Shown here piece by piece: positions 47,880 to 54,480 of a stretch of 64,000 nt of DNA. The DNA comes from a virus: positions 32,001-96,000 of the IMG/VR virus record IMGVR_UViG_3300037140_000126, one strand, 5' to 3'. Numbering within the stretch: position 1 is the stretch's first letter; each line of letters starts with the position of its first letter. The position numbers were made by a program, and so were the translations under genes. A model generated the notes under the pieces. It ran no database searches, had not been told where the DNA came from, and saw nothing but the letters and a program-made list of their open reading frames with translations.

Positions 47880-48628
47880 ACTTCCTCTTTTCCCAGCGGT
47901 GCACTCTCGCCGACTGGTATGAGTTTTGGAACTGTGATCTCTCGTTCTTTCATCCCATGTGCACCAAGCATCATGCAAAGCAAACTGAATTCCTTGTCAT
48001 ACTCGGGCGGGGCCCAGCAACCGGAACGGCAGATAAACACATAATCCACGTTGCGCCAACGTATTGGAGGAGCACCGTAGACAACATCAAACTGCCCGTT
48101 GAGTTGCTTACGGGCCCAATCCAGCTTGTCTTCGTGGCCTTCCGGAAACTTCTTTCGCCAATCGGGATAAACTTGCAACCACGATTTGACACGCCCGTTC
48201 GCAATCAAATGGCTGCCCCATGATCCACATTCAACGGATTTATCATCCTTGGCAATTTTGCCGTAATGGATATCATGGTGCGCGTCGATGTTAACGATCT
48301 CAAGATTGCTCTGTCCAGTGAGCAGTTGCAGAATCGCGGCATGTGACTCGGCCGTTCCAATCTGATATTTCCCTTGCGTGAACGGCAACCTTGTAATCAC
48401 GAACGGGCTGCCACGGAAAGGAAGCAGTTCGCGCAAGTCTACTAGCATTTGCTTGAAGGATTTCGTTGCTTCGTTGTAACTGGTATTCACACGCCTAATG
48501 TGCCACATATGTTCTAGGAAGAATGTCGTCTCACGATGGCCCCAATCCAGCATTGGATTTTCTTCAACGAAATAATCCCAGTCAATCGAAACCACTCTAG
48601 TTGTCTTAGTCTTAGTCTTCGCGTTCAT
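47867..48628 (-). CDS. UPF0489-like arginase/deacetylase-fold metallohydrolase
   Basis: VVSIDWDYF, ESH, IVNIDAHHD, VFICRSGCWAP. Confidence 0.6.
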   Translation of the reverse strand: MNAKTKTKTTRVVSIDWDYFVEENPMLDWGHRETTFFLEHMWHIRRVNTSYNEATKSFKQMLVDLRELLPFRGSPFVITRLPFTQGKYQIGTAESHAAILQLLTGQSNLEIVNIDAHHDIHYGKIAKDDKSVECGSWGSHLIANGRVKSWLQVYPDWRKKFPEGHEDKLDWARKQLNGQFDVVYGAPPIRWRNVDYVFICRSGCWAPPEYDKEFSLLCMMLGAHGMKEREITVPKLIPVGESAPLGKEEVCST

Positions 48629-48640
48629 GTCAACTACCTC

Positions 48641-48778
48641 CTATAAATGAAACAATGCCCAACCACCAGTTATGAAACCGACAGCAAATCCAAGAACGAA
48701 CGCACTGATGAGTGCAACACGGATCGTCAGCTTGAACTGCCGCTCATCCGTCAGAGTGCGGTGGATTAGTTCTCTCAT
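48641..48778 (-). CDS. Small single-TM protein (45 aa)
   Basis: Hand-read MRELIHRTLTDERQFKLTIRVALISAFVLGFAVGFITGGWALFHL; 4-nt overlap with the TadE-like stop. Confidence 0.55.
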   Translation of the reverse strand: MRELIHRTLTDERQFKLTIRVALISAFVLGFAVGFITGGWALFHL

Positions 48779-49113
48779 GGTGTTACCGCCGTTTCTGTCA
48801 GTTTGACCGCTGGTATGAATCCAGTTAGTGATTGTGTGGTATAGGCAAGTGTGACACTGTTGGGCGCGTTCACCGTGACGGTAATCTGGGCAGGGTTAAG
48901 ATGCAAACCCGGTGCGGCTGCCGATACGTAGGCCACAGGATTGCACCCTGCCTTGGCGTTACAAATGGCTGCCTCGGTCGTAATATAGTCAAGGTTGGAC
49001 TTCTGATTTTCTAGCCAGAGCAAGTCAGCACCCGCTAGGGCAAGAAAAAGGAAAATAGGCAGAATTAACGCAAATTCAATTAGTGCCTGCCCACGTTGCC
49101 GATTAGTCTTCAT
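48775..49113 (-). CDS. TadE/TadG-like pseudopilin
   Basis: MKTNRQRG/QALIEFALILPIFLFLALAG: prepilin peptidase site, Glu+5 and a hydrophobic helix; GGAGG RBS. Confidence 0.85.
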   Translation of the reverse strand: MKTNRQRGQALIEFALILPIFLFLALAGADLLWLENQKSNLDYITTEAAICNAKAGCNPVAYVSAAAPGLHLNPAQITVTVNAPNSVTLAYTTQSLTGFIPAVKLTETAVTP

Positions 49114-50089
49114 CGAACGATACCTCCCGCGAAGGTTTGAGCACAACGAGCGTGTCGAGCGTGCTCTTGATCGTCTCAAACGACGCACGCATTGTGTTAC
49201 GTGCCCGTTCGTCTTCCCGCAGCACATCCGGATTGACACCCTTAACAAGAGCATTCGCCTTGTCTACGAGTGCTTTCAGTTCAGCGTCACCTTGAATGTT
49301 CCGGGGATTGAATGTCCCAATCCATTCACTGACATTTGCAACGGCCGAATCCCGAATCACTTTTTTCTTGCCGTCTTTCGAGGGCGACAACCGTTCGACA
49401 AGGTGGCCAACAACTTCTGAGAACTCTTTGCGCAAAAGTTGCTGCCAGACTTCACGTGCAGCGTCCCATGACTTTGCGGCCTTCGCCTGCTCCTGCTGAT
49501 AGACATCCCGGCTAACCTGTTCGAGACTCACAGGAACGTCGAAGCTGATATAGCGCCAAGTGATTCCAAACGCGGAGGTCAGTCCATCCTTGGTCGGATA
49601 GTCGGACTCCGTGAACAACTTCCCGAGCCTGGTTTTTGACTCCTGCAACATCTCGTCGTATTCACCAACGAATTGCTCAACGAGTTGCTTGTGCTCGACT
49701 GTGAACTCGATGAGCCGCTTATTGACAACATCCACGTTGTCGGTCGGAATGAGATACACGCTATCTTTTAGCAGTGACGGTAGTGCATGGGAGCGGACAT
49801 ATGCTTGAGCACGATACCCGACACCTCTAATCTTACCGAGGCTATCGGAAGCAACCAGCTTTTTCGTGACGCCAATCCAGCGAGGATCGGCTTCGACTTT
49901 TACATTGCTCGTGCTGATCTTGCGTTGGTTGCCCAGCACATGCACGTCCAAGGACAGAGCAATCACTTTGCCCAGCATCTCTTTTGTGCTGACTGGTTGT
50001 GGCTGCTGGACTGTAACGGTCTTGTGGATGTGACGTTTTGTTGCTGTGTGTTTTACTGCCAATGCTTTCTTCTGAGCCTTCGCTGCCAT
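49103..50089 (-). CDS. DUF3150-like protein
   Basis: HALPSLLKDSVYLIP...FVGEY...YP...F.ITW...FN pattern recalled from DUF3150-type phage proteins; has its own promoter. Confidence 0.55.
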   Translation of the reverse strand: MAAKAQKKALAVKHTATKRHIHKTVTVQQPQPVSTKEMLGKVIALSLDVHVLGNQRKISTSNVKVEADPRWIGVTKKLVASDSLGKIRGVGYRAQAYVRSHALPSLLKDSVYLIPTDNVDVVNKRLIEFTVEHKQLVEQFVGEYDEMLQESKTRLGKLFTESDYPTKDGLTSAFGITWRYISFDVPVSLEQVSRDVYQQEQAKAAKSWDAAREVWQQLLRKEFSEVVGHLVERLSPSKDGKKKVIRDSAVANVSEWIGTFNPRNIQGDAELKALVDKANALVKGVNPDVLREDERARNTMRASFETIKSTLDTLVVLKPSREVSFDED

Positions 50090-50128
50090 GTTCGTCTACC
50101 TCCTCACGATATGAATTCTCAACGATTC

Positions 50129-50157
50129 ATAATACAAAACTCGCACAATATTGTCAA
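50129..50157 (-). promoter_or_regulatory. Sigma70-type promoter with operator-like spacer
   Basis: TTGACA-atattgtgcgagttttg(17)-TATTAT. Confidence 0.85.
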
Positions 50158-50160
50158 GGG

Positions 50161-50427
50161 CTAAACCTCGGAGAACAGATTTTCTTCGAGCCATTGACGT
50201 TCTGTGGCGAGCGCATCTTCCCGCAGTCTGTAAGGGCCAAGCACAGGCCCATTCACGGGCGCGAGGTCTGCCGTCCAACCCTTGCCACTAGGCTCGACGT
50301 AGCTTACACGGCGCGTTACGGCTTCACCGTGCTCGCACAGGTCGGCGAGCTTGTCATCGTAGATGAACGAAAGACTACCGTCCGGCCGTATAGCGATTGA
50401 GAATTGTTCTTGTTTGTTCGGATTCAT
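50161..50427 (-). CDS. Conserved hypothetical protein, usually found next to DUF2997/DUF1257
   Basis: IRPDG...YVEP...WTADLAPVNGPVLGPY..R..AL..E..WL; start at MNPNK after GGAGG. Confidence 0.6.
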   Translation of the reverse strand: MNPNKQEQFSIAIRPDGSLSFIYDDKLADLCEHGEAVTRRVSYVEPSGKGWTADLAPVNGPVLGPYRLREDALATERQWLEENLFSEV

Positions 50428-50584
50428 ATGCCTCCTTCGTAGCTTGACTGTGCCCAACTTCTCCGAGCGCCGCTTCAAGCCCTTTCGTCAGCGCTTTGCA
50501 GGCCTTTCCTTTGACACCCTTGACGGAGACTTTCACTTCCCCATCTGGTGCAATCGTCACTGTGATCTCTTCACTCATTTTCAT
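50375..50584 (-). CDS. DUF2997-family protein
   Basis: ITVTIAPDGEVKVSVKGVKGKAC.ALT..LEAALG. Confidence 0.78.
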   Translation of the reverse strand: MKMSEEITVTIAPDGEVKVSVKGVKGKACKALTKGLEAALGEVGHSQATKEAYESEQTRTILNRYTAGR

Positions 50585-51030
50585 TACCCCCTAACTGCTT
50601 TAACAACGAGAGTGCCATCCGGACGCTTGTACTGCGCGATGCGGAAACCGTCACGCTGGAACTTGGCCATTTCTTTCTTTGCGACTTGCACGGCATAGCC
50701 TTGCTTCAGTTTCTCGCCGCTCTTACCGATAGCTTCTTGGAGCCCGTAGCCGCCTTGCCAGAAGTCCCAAAGCATTTGATAGCCAGTGCCTGTCTTGCTC
50801 TTGACAACACCGACCTCGTACGCTCGCGGATTACCCTTAATGCGCATGGCGTAGTCACATTTGCCCATGTCCGCTTTCGTGAAACCGGCAGGCAGCGGAT
50901 AATCACCGACATGCGTGCCGTACCACTTGAACGTTGATTGCTCGACCAGTTCCATACCGAGTGCTTCGGCCGCAAGCTTCAATGCGTTGAGGTCCCTGAC
51001 TACCAATTTCAAATCGGTCACATGCGACAT
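50584..51030 (-). CDS. DUF1257-family protein
   Basis: MSHVT...VRDLNALKLAAEALG...Y.MLWDFW...LKQGYA. Confidence 0.75.
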   Translation of the reverse strand: MSHVTDLKLVVRDLNALKLAAEALGMELVEQSTFKWYGTHVGDYPLPAGFTKADMGKCDYAMRIKGNPRAYEVGVVKSKTGTGYQMLWDFWQGGYGLQEAIGKSGEKLKQGYAVQVAKKEMAKFQRDGFRIAQYKRPDGTLVVKAVRG

Positions 51031-51143
51031 CGTAAAACTCCTTTCAGTTTGCTGGGGAGACTCTCGCCAGTGAGCCTTTAATCAATTCACGCATAGACTG
51101 CGTGGAGGACTCCTTCCCCAAAGGGCATGACCCCAGCACATTC

Positions 51144-51172
51144 AATATACAATATTCGCACAAAACAGTCAA
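51144..51172 (-). promoter_or_regulatory. Sigma70-type promoter with operator-like spacer
   Basis: TTGACT-gttttgtgcgaatattg(17)-TATATT. Confidence 0.8.
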
Positions 51173-51176
51173 GGTC

Positions 51177-51512
51177 TTAGTTGGCCCGCATCCGTAACTG
51201 GCGGAATTGCCCATGCATCTGCCGGATGAAGTCGATCAAAATCGCTTGTTGAGCAACAGGCAGTTCGTGGAACTTAGGATCAACTGTTTCAAAGCTATGC
51301 TGTGCGAGTTCTTCCCACTTGTCCGCGTCGATTAGTTCGGCGCAGGGTGCGCAGGCTACCCATTTGCCGACGCTCTCGGCTACAAGTGGCCCTACATCAA
51401 TTGCTTTGAACGTCTCACATGCGTAGTCCTTCACGATGGCTGGCGAACTGCAAAAATCACATAGCAACTCTTTACCACCAGGGTGCAATTCATATTTAAC
51501 ATAGTTAGTCAT
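51177..51512 (-). CDS. Zinc-binding hypothetical protein
   Basis: CDFC...WVACAPC. Confidence 0.6.
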   Translation of the reverse strand: MTNYVKYELHPGGKELLCDFCSSPAIVKDYACETFKAIDVGPLVAESVGKWVACAPCAELIDADKWEELAQHSFETVDPKFHELPVAQQAILIDFIRQMHGQFRQLRMRAN

Positions 51513-51513
51513 T

Positions 51514-51852
51514 TCAGTCCTCCTCAAGGCAGATTTCTCTTCGTGTCTGAATCACAAGCATCTGTCCAGTCTGTGCAACAACCTTTGCGACAGGCAACAC
51601 AGTTTTCTTGTCAAGGTAGCGGGCGCGTTGATTATTCGCCATTACTTGCACAGGCACACCACCTATGATCGGAACTTCCTCAACCTTCCGAATGTGCAAA
51701 ATATGTTTGCACATTGGTTTCGGGTTTCTAGCAAACTTATGGGCCGGGCAGTCACAAGCCCATCGTCCAGTCTTCGCCACGCTGACTGTATACGTCTTGT
51801 CAGTAGTAAACGAAGTCACTTTCCACTGTGCTGCCCACTGAGCGCCCATCAC
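51514..51852 (-). CDS. SWIM zinc-finger protein
   Basis: YTVS...WACDCPAH...CKHI. Confidence 0.8.
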   Translation of the reverse strand: MMGAQWAAQWKVTSFTTDKTYTVSVAKTGRWACDCPAHKFARNPKPMCKHILHIRKVEEVPIIGGVPVQVMANNQRARYLDKKTVLPVAKVVAQTGQMLVIQTRREICLEED

Positions 51853-52031
51853 CCTAACTCCCCTTCTAACGAATCAATTCTCGATTCCAATGAATTGACA
51901 TCATCCCGATCAACCATAGAGCTAATCCGATCTTCAAGGTCAGATTCAAGATCATCGGTATATTGTTGGCACTCATATCTGACCAAATCACCGACGAAGT
52001 ACCAAAGCACTTTTCCAATCAGGCTCTTCAT
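51849..52031 (-). CDS. Small acidic coiled-coil protein
   Basis: 60 aa, GGAGG RBS. Confidence 0.55.
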   Translation of the reverse strand: MKSLIGKVLWYFVGDLVRYECQQYTDDLESDLEDRISSMVDRDDVNSLESRIDSLEGELG

Positions 52032-52033
52032 GG

Positions 52034-53605
52034 CTAGTTGACCTCCCTCTTGATGCTGCGTGACTGCTGAAGCACGGGCGGCTGATTTGACGGAAGCTTA
52101 TACTTGCCAGGGTAGCTTGCGGCAATGAACTTCCCGGCAGCAAACTCACGCAGCCGTTGTATCTGATCTTTCGCAGACTGAGCGACAGGAACAACGTACT
52201 CGGCAGCTTCCACGAGGCTGATCCCGTAGTCCCAGGCCATCTCGGTGCACTGTTCGATTTCCGCCCCTGTCCATCCTTCATCGTCCGGACGCTTCTTGTC
52301 GGTCAGATTATATTTCTTCGTGAAAAACTGCCATGCCCCGTCACGCTCTTCTTTTGACATCAGGTCCATAAAGAACGTGCCACGCTTGAAACGCCTTCTC
52401 AATTCAGGAGGCAGGCTGTCCACGTTATTGCAAGTCGCAACAACGAAAATCGTTTTGCCGCCAGCCACAGCATCCACCATTTTCAGGAACGAGCGGAGAT
52501 TCTTGCCCGACTCGCCGACAATACCGGCCTCCATTCCACCAATATCACCCACGATAGTCGGAACTCCAGCTTCGTTTCCAATTGCCTTTGCTAAGAGGGA
52601 CTTCCCTGTTCCGGGAGGCCCGAGCAGCAATATGCCAATTGCGTTGTGATCCTGCATCCAGGTCAAGAAAGTGCCAAACATCTTCTGGCTGACTCCAGAC
52701 AAATCGCCTTGCAGGCCGGCAAACATCTTCTCGATTTCGTCCAGAAACAGGACGCACGAGATTTCCCGCTTGCCGTTGATAACCATACGGACGTACTTGA
52801 CGACGTTCGACAGTCCGCAGATATTGGAAAACTTCTCCGCTCCGCGCCAGACACTTGCACCAACAGTCTGCTCGATTGTCTGCCGCTTGCGTTCCCACAA
52901 CCCTTCAACGTCGATACCGTCCTTCTTGAGTGAGATAAATGCTACCTGCTCGGCGGGATATGCGGCAAGTCCGCACAGCGCATCGGAGCATTTTTCCAGT
53001 ACATCGGCTTTGGGTTTGTCGAGCTTCGCATCATTGTAGACGCGTGTGATGATTTCTTTCAATTGTTCGCGGTCAGGGTAGGGCTCATCCAGCAAAAGCA
53101 CATCCTGGGCGAGTGCGGCGGGCAGGGTAATATCCGGAGCGAGCAGAACGACGCTGCGCCGGTTCGCTTTGAAGTTGTCACGCAGGTTGCAAATCGCTTG
53201 CGCGACAACAGGCTGCTCCATGTAGCGGTCAGCGTTCAGCATGAAGAGAATCGACAAACGCGGCAGCTTCACAGCACGCACAAGGGCGTCCACTGGGCTA
53301 GACAACGATTCGGACAGAAGTTGATACAGGTCGCCAACTTTCTCACCCGACTGGATACGCTCTTGCATCTGTGAAATTTCTACAGCAGAGAACAAATCGT
53401 GTAAGGCATCTTGGCCCTTATCGTTCACACCGAGCACGCCTCGGACGATATCGTGACACAGGATCGGTGGCACTTCTTTCGTCTCGGCGTACGCTTGCAT
53501 GACTGTGCCCATCGTTGCGGCAGGGTCGGGTGTGCGAATCGCCATCAGGCTAGTGCTAACTCGTCTTGCTGCCTTAAAAGTTTCCAGAAAACTTTGCTGA
53601 GCCAT
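52034..53605 (-). CDS. Ycf46-like AAA+ ATPase with permuted Walker B / Walker A order
   Basis: Ycf46-type N-domain, then CVLFLDEIEK...FGTFLTWMQD, then GPPGTGKS...VGES, then FVVATCN..DSLPPEL. Confidence 0.88.
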   Translation of the reverse strand: MAQQSFLETFKAARRVSTSLMAIRTPDPAATMGTVMQAYAETKEVPPILCHDIVRGVLGVNDKGQDALHDLFSAVEISQMQERIQSGEKVGDLYQLLSESLSSPVDALVRAVKLPRLSILFMLNADRYMEQPVVAQAICNLRDNFKANRRSVVLLAPDITLPAALAQDVLLLDEPYPDREQLKEIITRVYNDAKLDKPKADVLEKCSDALCGLAAYPAEQVAFISLKKDGIDVEGLWERKRQTIEQTVGASVWRGAEKFSNICGLSNVVKYVRMVINGKREISCVLFLDEIEKMFAGLQGDLSGVSQKMFGTFLTWMQDHNAIGILLLGPPGTGKSLLAKAIGNEAGVPTIVGDIGGMEAGIVGESGKNLRSFLKMVDAVAGGKTIFVVATCNNVDSLPPELRRRFKRGTFFMDLMSKEERDGAWQFFTKKYNLTDKKRPDDEGWTGAEIEQCTEMAWDYGISLVEAAEYVVPVAQSAKDQIQRLREFAAGKFIAASYPGKYKLPSNQPPVLQQSRSIKREVN

Positions 53606-53641
53606 GACTTCCTCCTCATCCAGTATGTTACAGGATTCAAA

Positions 53642-54073
53642 CTATGCTTTCGGTGCCTCATACTTCGCTTTGAGCCTATCTAACTGTGCCCGTTCAGAAG
53701 TTTCAATTTCAGCATTCAGTCGGGCCGAGTATGCTTCAATCAAACCAGAAGTTATCACCCATGCTTTGACAACACGCTCCACATCGCAATAAGTGAATTC
53801 CGGCGAGCCGTAGCAACCACACTCCGCTGTCTGTTTCAGAAATTGCATCTTGTCCCTGGTGTTTGTGAAAAACTCGCCGTAGAACCCTCCTTGATTGTAA
53901 TGAGCGATATGCCCGAAGGTCATCGACAGACGATTGTAAAACCACTTCGGGAACAGTGTACCCTTAAAATCGGACTCTACGAATCGAACGAACTGATTGG
54001 CGAACTTGGCCTTGTCTTCTGCTGTGTCCCATTCAGTTGGTGTAAACCGCGTTGCGTCGAATAGCTTTTTCAT
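53642..54073 (-). CDS. Conserved hypothetical early protein
   Basis: 143 aa; first gene after the 54109-54137 promoter; AAGGAG RBS. Confidence 0.7.
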   Translation of the reverse strand: MKKLFDATRFTPTEWDTAEDKAKFANQFVRFVESDFKGTLFPKWFYNRLSMTFGHIAHYNQGGFYGEFFTNTRDKMQFLKQTAECGCYGSPEFTYCDVERVVKAWVITSGLIEAYSARLNAEIETSERAQLDRLKAKYEAPKA

Positions 54074-54108
54074 GGTCGTTCTCCTTGTACCTCACTTGTT
54101 GCACCTTG

Positions 54109-54137
54109 ATAGTACAAAATTCGTACAATATTGTCAA
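54109..54137 (-). promoter_or_regulatory. Sigma70-type promoter with operator-like spacer
   Basis: TTGACA-atattgtacgaattttg(17)-TACTAT. Confidence 0.85.
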
Positions 54138-54141
54138 GGGT

Positions 54142-54402
54142 AAAAATAATGGTGGCTTTCTCGTATAGCTACCATGTGGGACTTGCGACCATCCGTTTGT
54201 CCCGTTTTTGCGGGTGACAACGGTATCCCATCATCCGTAGTTTAGGGCACTGGTACCCAACCCGCCGCCGTTCGCATTGGCGTATAAGACGACTGGTCTC
54301 TTTCAGGACGAGACCGCAATTGCCAGCACGTTGCTTCCGTAGTTTGTTTCATTCACTGGTTCGCTCGTTCGTCCTGCACCTATTTAGACGCACTAGCCCT
54401 AG
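54142..54402 (-). ncRNA. Putative structured non-coding RNA of unknown class
   Basis: ORF-free stretch with several nested stems and a terminal hairpin plus T-rich tail (see findings). Confidence 0.4.
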
Positions 54403-54411
54403 GTAAAGATT

Positions 54412-54428
54412 CAATATTCGTACAATAT
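54412..54428. promoter_or_regulatory. Fifth copy of the operator-like 17-mer, without a flanking -35 box
   Basis: CAATATTCGTACAATAT on the plus strand. Confidence 0.65.
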
Positions 54429-54480
54429 TAAGGGTCAGGTTAGGTGCTTTAGTTTGAGTAGGTTAGGTATGGGGAACTGG

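Noticed and set aside
51609-51614. Additional TTGACA hexamer
   Set aside because: Lies inside the SWIM gene with no -10 box or operator spacer.
54142-54402. tmRNA interpretation (NETNYGSNVLAIAVSS* frame and a 3' CCACCA)
   Set aside because: No T-arm (TTCRA) and no GGGG acceptor strand pairing with the 3' end.
54240-54402. Pistol-ribozyme-like fragments (TAGGGC, TAAATAG, GCCCTAA)
   Set aside because: The P1 hairpin is missing and the spacing is about 150 nt, incompatible with the consensus.
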